Below are positions 13,074 through 27,113 of a stretch of DNA of 64,000 nucleotides, one piece after another. The first letter of the stretch is position 1. Each line of letters starts with the position of its first letter. The notes beneath the pieces were generated by a model that saw only the letters and a list, made by a program, of their open reading frames with translations, did not search any database and had not been told where the DNA came from. The DNA is from the human T2T-CHM13v2.0 reference genome, Homo sapiens. A program made the translations under genes and the position numbers. Location: NCBI RefSeq assembly GCF_009914755.1, contig NC_060925.1. One strand, 5' to 3'.

Positions 13074-13800
13074 TAGTACTCTCAGTCACTTAGTTACTCA
13101 ACATCTGAGTTTCTTTATCTATAAAATTGACTTAAACGTCTATGTATTCAATATTCAAAAAGTATATTGGTTAGGAATATTTTAAAATATACAACAAAGA
13201 GGTGACTATGGAATCTAAAATCAATTTGAGAATACATATAAAGTTAAAGGTATTATAATTCTTATTAGCTTATATGTGGGGAAAACAAATGATTAAATAT
13301 ATGCATGTTATGAAAGAAAAATTTATGAAGTAAATATGTAGAAGCTGCAAATGGTGAGAATAATCCAGTGTCTCCTTTTTGAGAAATAAGGAATATTCTT
13401 TTTCATTTGCTAGAGCAAAGGTTAAAGAAAGTTTTAAAGACTTGATATTCCTGTATTTGGATAGATCATAGATAATCATTGTCCTGAATGCTGAGTAAAC
13501 AATTGAATACATCTAAAAATGTGACATGCATTATGCTGAGACCCTGGTAGTACTCTCTCTGAATAATGTTATTTGGGCAGAGCTAAAATGACTTAACTGT
13601 AATTCCCCTAAAATTAATGTTTCTTTTTTCTTTCTGAAAAAGTAGTTTTCATAGGATTTAGACAATATTTCAGCATAACTTCAAAATAATAATAAATTTG
13701 ATGTGTTCATGGTTGCATTGGTAATTAGTTTCAGCTGATAAATATCTGTGGCTCATAGAGAATAGCAACCAACAACAGACCTATCCCCTTATGCTTCAAT

Positions 13801-13995
13801 CTTTTCTTTTTTTATTTTTTTTTTTAATGTTTTATTTCCATAGGTTATTGGGGAACAGGTGGTATTTGGTGACATGAGCAAGTTCTTTGGTGGTGATCTG
13901 TGAGCTTTTGGTGCACCCATCACCCAAACAGTACACACTGCACCCAATTTGTAGTCTTTTATCCCTCACTCCCTTCCCACCCTTTCCCCCAGAGT
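13801..13995 (-). mobile_element. L1PB 3' end, severely 5'-truncated
   Basis: ataggttattggggaacaggtggtatttggtgacatgagcaagttc...ggtgcacccatcacccaaacagtacacactg; degenerate TSD tgcttca..ctttt on both sides. Confidence 0.85.
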
Positions 13996-15516
13996 TGCTT
14001 CACCCTTTTCTAAAACTCTTTAATATGGAGTAAAAGCCAAAATCACTTTTTTTCATTTTTAAAACACCTTTGAATAAAATTTGTAATCCAATCTCTTTTG
14101 TATTAAAGCATTCGAATGCAAAAAGTGTAAATTTTGTCTGTGTGTGTCAGTTTGCAATTTCCTAAACTCACTTAAGCTCAAATTGCTAATAATTAAATGA
14201 GACTGAGTTCGAAGATAGATTAAAGGACAGCTGATTGAGGATGGCAGTAATTCCTAAAGGACCCAAAAGTTCATCAGAATATCACATTTAGGAAACTGCT
14301 GGTCATTAAGGTGTTAGGTTGTGAATTTGAGCCTCAATGGATGCTGCTTTCTTTTAGAATGAATTACCAGGTGGTTATTGAGGTATACTGAGTCAGGATT
14401 TTTTAATTTAATGAGTGCTGTGTAACACTTAAGAAATCAAGGCCAACATTTTTATTTTTTACCTGTTTGTGGTGCATCAGCCATTATTTAATACATTAAA
14501 CATTGGAAATAAGATCTTAACCAAAAATACAGATTTTAACCAAAAACATAAATGTTGGGGCTTTTTAAAGCATTTAATGAATCCTTAGTTTTGTACCAGG
14601 TACCGTGCCAATTATTTTTCTTACATTATATCATTTAATTCTTACAATAATTTTTCCTTCATGAGGAAAAATATCCTCCCTCCCCTTACAAGGAATTGAG
14701 ACATAGTGATGCTGTCTTGAATGCTGGGTAAATAACTGAATAAAGTCACATTAAGTAGAGTCCAAACTTAGCTTCATTTAGGATAATATTCAACACATTT
14801 GGGGAATTTTTTTAAGTTGTTCCCATTTTGAAAACTGACATAACTATAATGTCATCATCATTTTTAGGAAATGAACCTTGGCATATCCTAGGAATTTTGT
14901 TTTCAATCTCCAATCCAGGTGGCATTCTGGAAAGTGGACTGTTACTCTGACCAGACATTCAGCCTGGGTGAGCTTTGCTGTACACTCAGCTGACCTACTT
15001 GTTTAAGGGTTTTTAAAACTCCTGTGTTGACAATAGTAAGCGTGACTCCCCTCTGTGTACCTGTGATCAACTGAATGTACAATATTACAAAATAAGGGCT
15101 TCTTCTTGGTTTCTTTATGTTTTTTCCTTAAGTCTTCACATCCTTAAAGGAAATGTATTTTATAAAATTAAGTCTGAACGAGAAAGCAAAGCCCCATCTA
15201 ACAGAAGAGATCGTGTCCTTGGAAGATGATTTCTTCATCTCAGCTTTCTCAGGTCTCTCGAGATATTTATTCATAGCCCTCCTATGGAAACACAGGGTTC
15301 TCAATGTGAGCAGCTCTGTTAGGTTTCATGTCATTGCCTCTCAGCAGCCCTGTTCAGTAAGATTTTCAGTGTCTGATTGTTCTTATAATCAAATGTGCTT
15401 TTCCGATTTCCAAGGTAAATTTGCTTTCTAATAAATGTAACATTCGTTGGTGCCCAATGAAGTCTTTTTTTTTTAACTTGTCAAATTACTTAGTACAGAA
15501 AAATAGCTATAATTCT

Positions 15517-15519
15517 TTT

Positions 15520-15550
<31 letters not shown>

Positions 15551-15827
15551 GAGACGGAGTCTCGCTCTGTCATCAGGCTGGAGTGCAGTGACATGATCTC
15601 GGCTCACTGCAACCTCTGCCTCCCGAGTTCAAGCTATTCTCCTGCCTCAGCCTCCTGAGTAGCTGGGACTACAGGCACGCACCACTACGCCCAGCTAATT
15701 TTTTTATTTTTAGTAGAGTGGGTTTCACCATGTTGGCCAGGACGGTCTCGATCTCTTGACCTCATGATCCACCCGCCTCAGCCTCCCAAAGTTCTGAGAT
15801 TATAGGCGTGAACCACCGTGCCTGGCC
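15517..15827 (-). mobile_element. AluSc with 17-bp TSD
   Basis: Sc diagnostics (ctgtcatcaggctgg lacking one C; gatctcttgacctcatgatcc); TSD aaaatagctataattct at 15500-15516 and 15828-15844. Confidence 0.92.
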
Positions 15828-15989
15828 AAAATAGCTATAATTCTACATTAATAATAATATTAATCATTTTGTTTCATTTGGAACTTTTTTCAATTTTGCA
15901 TTTTCTCAATTTCTTAAGGTCGATTCTAAGAATTTACTTGGTAAATCACAGGTTCTCAATAAGTATTTTGAAAATTAACGTCAAAATAA

Positions 15990-16393
<404 letters not shown>

Positions 16394-16569
16394 CATATTC
16401 TGACTTTTTAATAGATTACTTAATTATATTTAATTCCTAGAAACCTCTTCAACATCCTTGTATGAGATTCACATCTGTAGGTTCTGCCTTTCTTATATAA
16501 GGTAGGATAAAATCTTTTTATTCTTTCTCTTCCATTCTTCTCTTTTTATATCTTTTGGCACCTTGTGCT

Positions 16570-16950
16570 CTAATATAAGAACACTTTAAGCTTCTCTTCT
16601 TGCCTTTATGCTCCTGAATACGTTTTCTTCTACCTATAATTCCAGTTCCCATCTCACCTCCTCAGTACCTCTCCTCTGAGCCAAATCTGGTGTTTCCTTG
16701 ATGCTCAGAAATGGCACCTCCTCCACAAACCCTCCCTGCTATGCCCATGTCTAGGCAGAATATTTCCTTCTTTCCTCAGGGCTGTTACCTTTCTGGAGTA
16801 CTGGACAGGATAGTTATTAAAACAAATGGTTTTTTAGTCAAATGGTTATTTGACCTCCTGACCAGCTAGAATGTGAGCTTTCTGAAGAGCAAGGGGCAGT
16901 TTTATTCTTTTTGTGTCTGCAACACTATGCTCAATAAATATTAATTTGGA
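16570..16950 (+). mobile_element. L2 3' fragment
   Basis: accagctagaatgtgagctttctgaagagcaagggg...tgctcaataaatatt. Confidence 0.6.
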
Positions 16951-17779
16951 AGTGAGAAAAGTGATGTTATGATGAGTTAAAGTTTTCATGGTTCACTTTT
17001 TCTTCTTTGAAATAAGGACTCAATTGTTCATTGCTGCATACCTTTCTTGAAGCCTGAAGTAGATGTTGAGATGCTGTCTTTGAAAATGTCTGAAGATTTT
17101 TCCATGATAATGTGGAGACTCTCTACCTAAACTGTTGTCCAGGATAAGTGATCTCCAAGGGAGGGCATGAAATGGCACATATCACTGGTTTCCCTGTGAC
17201 AGCTGCAGGAGGAACACCCTGGAGTAATGGTGCAGTGGAGAGTCTTTGCCAAAGAGTTACTGTCAAAACTGAACTAAGCTGTTCCAAGAGGCTCTTAACT
17301 CTCCCTAATACGTATGGCTTAAAATAAAACGTGGTGTATACAAATGAAAAAAGGAAGTTTGTTTAAAAAGGTTCGGGGCTTTGAAAAGCTATGCTTTATG
17401 TTTTCAATTTAGGAGTGTATAAGGCCTTTGGTTATTGCTGCAGGTTGAAGAATGTGCTTTAACAAAAGTATACCAGCTCAGAAACCATTTCTGTCCTCTC
17501 ATCTACCCACTTTCCTTTCCATTCAGGTGCCACTCAACCCATTTTGGCAACCAACTAAAGATACAATAGCATACACCCTGTTAGGAAAATCTGTAGAAAA
17601 TGTAGCTACAGTTTTTTTTATTTGGGTTCATGCAGTTAGTAAACACTAGTTAAGCACAGACTAAATGTAAGGTACAGTGCTGGGCAGTGAGGACTGAAGG
17701 GCAAATGAGATAAGGAGCTTGTCACACACCAGACTGAACAAGTAGCAAATACAAGAGTCTACAGTAGAAAAGATGGCAG

Positions 17780-18040
17780 AATTAGTTCTGACTGATCAGA
17801 AGCAGCTTCCACTTACCATCAGTGTCACTTTGTACACATTAACCTCTATGTGCCTCACTTTTCTCTTTCATAAGTAGAGATGATAATACTACCTCATAGG
17901 ATTGTAGTAAAGATTAAATTAGTTTATATGTTGTTATAAACGTGTTTACGTATGTTACATGTAGTAAAGATTAAATTATTTTCTATGTTCAAACAGACCC
18001 TGACATCTAGCATGTGCACAAGAGAATATAATTATATTTC
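17780..18040 (+). mobile_element. MIR (flanked by antisense L2 fragments at about 17620-17760 and 18050-18400)
   Basis: ccacttaccatcagtgtcactttg...aacctctatgtgcctcacttttc...tactacctcataggattgtagtaaagattaaa. Confidence 0.8.
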
Positions 18041-18630
18041 GTTTTACAAAAGATATTGTGGACTTTTTACAAGGCAAATGGCAAAGAGCTTCCTAGGCAG
18101 AGGCCAATAACCTGAGTAAAGAGACGAAGCATGGAAGTATGAAGTGTGCTGAAGGAGTTCAGTGTTGCTAAAAATTTCTTTAATGGAAAAGAGTGGAGAG
18201 ATGTCCTGGAAATAGACTTAGGTGCCAGATCAGAAAGGGCATATGTGTCAGATCAAGAATTTGTGACCCTAATGTTTACATTTTCGAAAAGTAAGCCTTG
18301 TGGCAAAAAATGGAGTTTTGTGAAAGAATGTAGCCATGGAGCTCAGTGACTAACTGCTTATTATAACAGCCCAAGTTGGAGATGATGGGGCCAGAATGGG
18401 GACATGCTGTCCATGTCGATGACAACATGAACTAGGATTTGAAAGCAGAGATTATGCCAAGGGCAAAATATCCACTGCAGGTGTATCCTTTCCCTTTTCT
18501 AGAAAATAGAACTGTATTTTGTAGAATCTTTTTGTTCTTCATCAAACTCTGTTTTTAGACTTTTACCTTCAAACCACCCAAGAACATTAGAGCCTCATAA
18601 ACTATAAATGATTAATTTTATGACTCACTA

Positions 18631-19420
<790 letters not shown>

Positions 19421-19426
19421 GATTTT

Positions 19427-19723
19427 TTTTCATTTTTAATTTTTATGGAGAGATAGTAGATGTACATATTTATGGGGTACATGAGATGTTTTGATTCAGG
19501 CATGCAATGTAACGTAATTACAGCATGATGAATAGGGTATCCATCCCCTCAAGCATTTATTCCTTGTGTTACAAACAATCCAATTACACTCTTTTAGTTA
19601 TTTTAATATGTATAATTAAATTATTGACTATAGTCACCCTTTATTCTATCAAATAGTAGGTCTTATTCATTATTTCTAATTTTTTGTACCCATTAACCAT
19701 TCCCACCTCCCCCCACCCTTCCA
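19427..19723 (-). mobile_element. L1MA2/3-like 3' end with 14-bp TSD
   Basis: tatttatggggtacatgagatgttttgattcaggcatgcaatg...ccatcccctcaagcatttat; TSD ccagatctgatttt at 19413-19426 and 19724-19737. Confidence 0.88.
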
Positions 19724-21091
19724 CCAGATCTGATTTTAGAGTCCACACACTTACCTGTCCTGCACTGAGAGCACCCAAAAACATTAGCAGCAAATCTGGT
19801 TCTTTCTCTGGCCCAGCTCCCTGAGGACACATATTAAAAGGATAAGCTTCTTTGATGTCAGCCACAATCTTCAAAGTCTTTTAATTTCTCTAAACAATGA
19901 GTAGAAGGTCTCTCATGCAGGAATTTATCAGAGGCTTTGTGAGCTTATTTATGTTCATCCACTGTAATAAATACTAGTGTGCAGGTGCATGGGGCAAGTA
20001 GTGCAACTGAGTGAGAAAAGAACTCAGAAACATATGAGAGGCTGAGACCTTGAATTGTGTGTCCTGAGTCAGGTAAATTTATCTCAGTTGCAGTTTCCCC
20101 TTCCATAAAATGAGTTTATGTCCATTTCCCTTTATAATTCAATGATTAGTCAACTCTAAATTTTGCCACCTGAAGTGTATCTACAGAAATACTCCATTCC
20201 AGATTGATTCAGTCCTCTACCCAAATTGTCTCCCCCATCAGTTGATGTGTATGTAAGGACTACACACTAATTTTCACATTTCCACAAGCAAAACACAAAG
20301 GTAAACCTGATGCCTCCCAAGTAATGCTGTATCTGCTATCACCAAACATAAATGATTTTCTGATTTTCCACTCTTTTGGAATATCTGCATCACTGTTGGC
20401 TTTCATTAGCATGACAGTTCAGAGCTGATTGTACTAAATTTTACTTTGTACACATCCTAGTGGCAATGTATTTGTGCTGTGATATAATTCATTTCATGAT
20501 TTAGTGAGTCATGATGGAAAAAAGTATTAGGTACTTCTTTTTCTCAATCAACCAAGAACACATCCTACTTTTTCCATCTGTTCCCGGCAACAGATGTGTT
20601 ATTTGACAAGAACCCACTGATTTGTACCCTGCCTGGCATATTAGACTCATACCACTGAACAACAAGGTACCTGGCTTAGTGGGCACCTTGGCATAGTCCC
20701 TTTTAGGACCCCTCCTTTGGTTTTCATAAACAGAATGTTACTGCCAATCATAATATGTATTTTGTAATGGAATTTAAGATTCAGAGATTTGAGTAGAAAC
20801 AACTTAGCTATTCCTCCTCCATCAGACTCCTGCTGGATACAGCCCTCATTTTCTCACACGTAGGACTGATAAGGAAGATCAAAATGGTCTCCTACTGTGT
20901 TTAAAATCTTTACTTTTCACTCTTTAAATTACTGGCTTTCTGTAACTTCCTTCTGTGTTTTCTGACATCTACAGTTTCACAATTATTATTCTTCAAGATT
21001 TGTCTTCCTTGAAGTCTCCATTTTTGAAGTCTGGGAGGAGCACCAAACTTGGTTTTATTCCATCACATTTAGTGATAGACTTCTTCTTCTG

Positions 21092-21265
21092 TTTTTTTTG
21101 TTGTTGTTGTTTTGTTTTGTTTTTTAAAGACAGGGTCTCACTCTGTCCAAGCTGTAGTGCAGTTGTGGTGGATCATAGTTCACAGCAGCCTCAATCTCTT
21201 TAGCTTAAGCCACCCTTCTACCTAAGCCTCCCAAGTAGCTGGGACTATAGGCATGAGCCACTGTG
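21092..21265 (-). mobile_element. Alu monomer (FRAM/FAM-like or truncated AluJ)
   Basis: Single arm agacagggtctcactctgt...cctcccaagtagctgggactataggcatgagccactgtg with a T-rich tail. Confidence 0.8.
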
Positions 21266-23194
21266 TTATCTATGGATAAACTTTTCAATGAGAAGATCCA
21301 AGTATCTTGGCCAAACCAAAGCCAAAGGCAGACCTCTAATGAATTCAAACAGTTCTAGGGACAGCTTAAGATAAACAGTGTGATCCTACTCGGCCTTAAG
21401 AGTGAGGACGCTATCGGTTCATTCAGCCCAGAGCTAGGAGGAGTCTGCTTCCTGTCTGCAAGATGCTATTGCAGGGTCCAAGGCAGGATTTCTCAGAATT
21501 GTTGACTGGAGCAGGGAACTTGTGGCCCTTTGTAATTCCTAAGCATCTTCCTCCTTTTCTACCTTGCCCTCATCAAGAATCCTAAACCAAAAAGTATTTG
21601 GCTAAAGTGTGAAGGAGACTGTGATTCTGCTTTCTTGAAATTTTTCAAGTTCTTAAAGCACACAATATGAAGCTCTATAAAAATTATTTATGATTTCAAA
21701 AGAAAATAATTTTAAAATTAAGATATTATGATAGAAAGTAGCCTTCTAGTCTTGCCTTAGGCATGACAAAGAACTCAAGTTCCCACCTGAGAGAGATGGT
21801 GAGAATTGTACTTCACATAAATACTGTTTACTTTCACTCTCTAGGAAACTCTATAATGGGTGCCATTTGGCATTCTAATAACTGTTAGTGCAGAAAATAG
21901 TGTTTCCAATTATGTGTTCTCAACACACATTTTCATTAGAGTAGTTGGAAGCAAGGTTTCAGGTAACTGGAATTGACCTCTTACTTCTCACAGAATTAGA
22001 AGTCAAGAAGTTGGCACCTTTCTACAGATCAAGTTTTAATTTATGACAGACTTGGTCAACTACCTGGCTTTACTGTGCCTACACTCTGAGTTTCTCCTCT
22101 CCCAGTGAGAAAACTGATAGCCGCTGGCATGGCAGGCGGTCTTCCACATTTATCTTTCTAAAAGTGCACCAAACTATAGAGCCTCAGAGTTAGATTAAGG
22201 GATACTAGAAAATCCTTTCTCAATTTTCTGAGGCTGGAGTAAAGACATTTTTTTCTGTACTCTACATGTGTTCTCAAATTCTCCCAGATGGCTCCTATAA
22301 CACTGGTCTAGACATTCACTTAACAATTTTCACTCAGTACCAATTCTGGACCTGACACTGTGCTAGCCACAGAGTACAGTAAACAACAGGCAAGTTCATG
22401 AAACACTGTAATGAAACTGGAGAACTCATTTTGGTTTTTTCCTTAAGAAGCAAATTAAAACGTGAAAAAGAATAAATGAGAAACTAACTGGCCAACTTGT
22501 AAGTAGAGATTAGTTTTTCTGATGCTTCCTTAACATCCTAAGTACCTAGGGATGTCCTTTACATGTCAGACACCATTGAGTACCTAGAACAGTGTCTGGA
22601 CTCTGGTAGGGAGCCACTGAGGTAAGCCCTTCTCCACTTTCCATAGTTGCTTCTTCTCTGGAGAAGGGAACAGAGGAACAGCTTCTAACAGTGAGAAGAG
22701 TAACATTAAGGAACCCTCTCTGCTCTCTTGTAGCCAGATTGCAACTGTATGTCCTCTCCTTGTTAGACTGAGCCAGGACTCCCTTGCAAGGGCCCCAGGC
22801 TTACTCTGTACCCTCCCAGCCATCCCTGGCTTGGAAGATTTTGGTCATCAATCTACATTTCATATGCAATAACTTTCTCATTTGTCCATTTCCTTAATCA
22901 AAGGCATATAAAAATGCCAAGCACAGCTGCTGATTTGTCTGAAATAACCAGTACTGACTAGAAAGTTCTAGTCTAAAGCAAGGGAACATTATGTTTGTGG
23001 TTAGTATGTGCAACCTCATAACTGGTAAATCAAGAATTTCCATTAACATTTGTCAGTAGTTTTATGACTTTGTGACAACTTCAGAGACTACTGAGAACCA
23101 CTTACGATGCAACTTGGGAGTGTCTCTACTAAGAAGACTTCCCTGATTCCCATGCTGGGCCAAGTGTATCCAAACACTCTGTATATAACAATCT

Positions 23195-23386
23195 TAGTGT
23201 TCTTGGAAGTGTAGTCCCAGATCAGCAGTAGCAGCATCTAGCATCTCCTGGGTACATGATAGATATGCAAATCCTCAGGTCTCACCCCAAATCTGCTAAA
23301 TCAGAAACTGGGATGCAGACCTACAATCTTTATTTAAATATGCCCTCACAGTGATTCTGATGCACACTCAAGTTTGAGAACCCCTG
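23195..23386 (+). mobile_element. MER5A
   Basis: agtgtagtcccagatcagcagtagcagcatc...gtgattctgatgcacactcaagtttgagaacccctg. Confidence 0.85.
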
Positions 23387-24127
23387 CATCCTATTAACAA
23401 ATACATCATGTTAAAACTATTATGTGTATGTGTTGAATTAGAAGTTGTTTGAGAGCAGGGACCATGTATTCACAGTATAAATACACTGTGTATGGGTGTG
23501 CATTACACAAACAGAACGAAACAATATGTACTATTGTGACATGCTTTTATTTTCTTCCAGCAATATTTTGTGAAAATTCTTTATTTTGCATGCATATATT
23601 TTGTGATATGGTATCTGATGGCTGCGTAGTATCTTACTGTGCCAGTTACATCAAAATTTCTTTGATCTTCTAGTATAGGACACCATAAAGCTCTTTTTAA
23701 AACTAGCTTTTATTTTTTATGAAAATAATGCATGCATGTACTTAAAAATCTGTTTTAAGTAGCAGCCCACTCCACCCCTCGTCATGTCTTATTCTTACTT
23801 TTAGCAGCAATCACTTCTTGGTCCTTTAGCTGATACTATTTATGCCCATGGTTCTAAATGATATACATATACTTCTGTGCCGTTTCAATTTTAGACATTA
23901 TCTATGAAATTCCTGTGATGCAGTTGGGAATTTATCTCTCTCATGTCTCTCAACACCTTCTTTTTCAGTCTTCCCAATATAGCTTTATCAAATTTTTGGT
24001 TAAAGCAAAAGTTCAGTGTTTATAACTGTATAAATATTATTCCTTGTACAGCCAACAATATGCTATGGTTACATTTATTTTGTTGAAAATATTTTTTTCA
24101 GATGATATTGTTCTTTTTTCTAAATAA

Positions 24128-24535
24128 GCTTCTTTTTTAAACAACAGTTTTAAGTTCACAGCAAAACTGAAAGGAAAGTACAGCATTATCCCATATACCC
24201 TTATCCCCACATGCATAGCCTCCCCCATTATCAACATCCATTACTAGAGTGGTATATTTGCTACAATTGATGAACCTATGTTGATGCATCCTTATCACCC
24301 AGCATGCAAAGTGTATGTGAGCATGTACTCTTGGTGGTGTACTTCTTAAGGATCTGGACAAATGTGTGGTCACATGTATCAATATTATAGCATCATAAAG
24401 AGTAGTTTCATTGTCCTAAAAAGTCTCTGTTCTGCCTATTCAGCCCTCCCTCCTACTAACCTCTGGCGACCACGGATCTTGTTACTATCTCCTTAGCTTT
24501 GCCTTTTCCAGAATGTCATACAGTTAGTTGGAGTC
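24128..24535 (-). mobile_element. L1MC1-like 3' end (left part; interrupted by THE1B)
   Basis: ttttaagttcacagcaaaactgaaaggaaagtacag...cctcccccattatcaacatcc...gaatgtcatacagtt. Confidence 0.85.
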
Positions 24536-27113
24536 TGATATGGTTTGACTGTGTCCCCACCCAAATCTCATCTTGAATTCCCACATGTTGTGGGAGGGAC
24601 CCAGTGGGAGGTGATTGAATCATGGAAGCAGGTCTTTCCCATGCTGTTCTCATGATAGTAAATAAGTCTCATGAGATCTGATGGTTTTAAAAATGGGAGT
24701 TTCCCTGCCCAAGCTTTTTCTTTGCCTGCTGCCATCCCTGTAAGCCTTGATTTGCTCCTCCTTGCCTTCCACCATGATTGTGAGGCCTCCCTAGCCACGT
24801 GGAACTATAAGTCCATTAAACCCTTTTTCCTGTATAAATTACCCAGTCTTGGGTATGTCTTTATCAGCAATGTGAAAATGAACTAATACAGTAAATTGGT
24901 ACCAGTAGAGTGGGGCACTGCTGAAAAGATACCTAAAAACGTGGAAGCAACTTTGGAACTGGGTAACAGGAAGAGGTTGGAACAGTTTGGAGGGCTCAGA
25001 AGAAGACAGGAAAATGTCAGAAAATTTGGAACTTCCTAGAGACTTGTTGAATGGCTTTGACTAAAATGCTGATAAGTATATGGACAATTAAATCCAGGCT
25101 GAAGTGGTCTCAAATGGAGATGAGGAACTTGTTGGGAACTGGACTGAAACAAAGGTAACTCTTGTTACATTTTAGCAAAGAGACTGGTGGCATTTTGCCC
25201 CTGTCCTAGAAATTTGTGGAACTTTGAACTTGAGGGAGATGATTTAGGGCATCTGGCAGAAGAAATTTCTAAGCAGCAAAGCATTCAAGAGGTGACTTGG
25301 GTGCTGTTAAAAACATTCCATTTTTAAAAGGGAAACAGCACAACAGTTTGGAAAATTTGCAGCCTGACAATGCTGAAAATTGTCAGAAAATCCCATTTTC
25401 TGAGGAGAAATTGAAGCCCTGCAGAAATTTGCATAAGTAACAAGGAGCTGAATGTTAATACCCAAGACAATGGGAAAATGTCTCCAGGGCTTGTCAGAGG
25501 TCTTCACAGCAGCCCCACCCATCACAGGCCCAGTACCCTAGGAGGAGGAGATGGTTTCGTGGGCCAGGCCCAGGACACCGCCCCCTCCCCGTGTAGCCTA
25601 GGGACATGGTACCCTGTGTTCCAGCTGCTCCAGCATGGCTAAAAGGGATCAATGTACAGCTTGGGCAGTTGCTTCAGAGAGTGGAAGCCGCAAGCCTTGG
25701 CAGCTTCCATGTGGTGTTGAGCCTGCGGGTGCATGGAACTCAAGAATTGAGGTTTGGGAACCTCCGCCTAGATTTCAGAGGATGTATGGAAACACCTGGA
25801 TGCCCAGGCAAAAGTTTGCTGCAGGGGTGGAGAACCTGTGCTAGTGTAGTGTGAAAGGACAATGTGGGGTCAGAGCCCCCACAGAGAGTCCTTACTGGGG
25901 CATCACCTAGTGGAGCTGTGAGAAGAGCACCACCATCCTCCAGACCCCAGAATGGTAGATCCACCTACAGCTTGCACCATGTGCCTTGAAAAACCACAGA
26001 CACTCAACGCCAGCCAGTGCAAGCAGAGAGGAGGGGGGCTATACCCCGCAAAGTCACAGGGTGGAGCTACCCAAGACCATGGGAACCCACCTCTTGCATC
26101 AGCGTGACCTGGTAGATGTGAGACATGGAGTCAAAGGAGATCATTTTGGAGCTTTAAGATTTCACTGCCCTGCTGGGGACTTCCATGGGGCCTTTAGCAC
26201 CTTGGTTTTGGCCAATTTCTCCTTTTGAATGGCTGTATTTACCCATTGCCTGTACCCCCTCTGTATCTAGGAAGTAACTAACTTGCTTTTGATTTTACAG
26301 GCTCATAGGCAGAAGGGACTTGTCTTGTCTCACATGAGACGTTGGACTATGGACTTTTGAGTTAATGCTGAAATGAGTTAAGACTTTGAGGGACTGTTGG
26401 GAAGGCATGATTAGTTTTGAAATGTGAGGACATGAGATTTGGGAGGGGCCAGAGGTGAAATGATGTGGTTTGGCTCTGTGTCCCTACCCAAATCTCAACT
26501 TGAATTACCACATGTTGTGGGAGGGACCTGGTGGGAGGTAATTGAATCATGGGTGCAGGTCTTTCCCTGTGGGAGCATGGTTTCCCATGCTGTTCTGGTG
26601 ATAGTAAATAAGTCTCACAAGACCCAATGTTTTTAAAAAGGGGAGTTGCCCTGCAGAAGCTCTCTTTTTGCCTGCCACCATTCATGTAAGACTTGCTTCT
26701 CCTTGCCTTGCACCATGGTTATGAGGCCTCACCAGCCATGTGGAACTCTAAGTTCATTAAAAGCTTTTTCCTATATAAATTACCCAGTCTTGGGTATGTC
26801 TTTTTTTGTTTTATGGAGTCTCACTCTGTTGCTCAGGTTGGAGTGCAGTGGTGCAATCTCAGCACCAAAACCTCCACCTCCTGGGTTCAAGGGATTCTCC
26901 TGCCTCAGCTTCCCGTGTAGCTTGTGGCACCATGCTTGGCTAATTTTTGTATTTTTAGTAGAGACAGGGTTTCACTATGTTGGCCAGGCTGGTCTCAAAC
27001 TCCTGACCTTGTGATCTGCCTTCCTCAGCCACCCAAAATGCTGGGATTATAGGCGTGAGCCACCACACCTGGCAGGTATGTCTTTATCTGCATTGTGAAA
27101 ATGGACTAATGCA
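24536..27113 (+). mobile_element. Full-length THE1B (ERVL-MaLR): 5' LTR 24536-24890, internal 24891-26460, 3' LTR 26461-27113 (Alu-interrupted)
   Basis: Two same-orientation LTRs (tgatatggttt...ctaataca / tgatgtggttt...ctaatgca); internal region begins gtaaattggtaccagtagagtgggg and ends with a purine-rich tract gggaggggccagaggtgaaa. Confidence 0.93.
26801..27073 (-). mobile_element. AluS (Sg-like) inserted in the THE1B 3' LTR
   Basis: Dimeric Alu, ctcctgaccttgtgatctgcc; TSD ggtatgtcttt at 26793-26803 and 27075-27085. Confidence 0.9.

Noticed and set aside
20594-20666. Exon-like segment (caacag|ATG...AAG|gtacct)
   Set aside because: Stops in all three frames and a weak donor.
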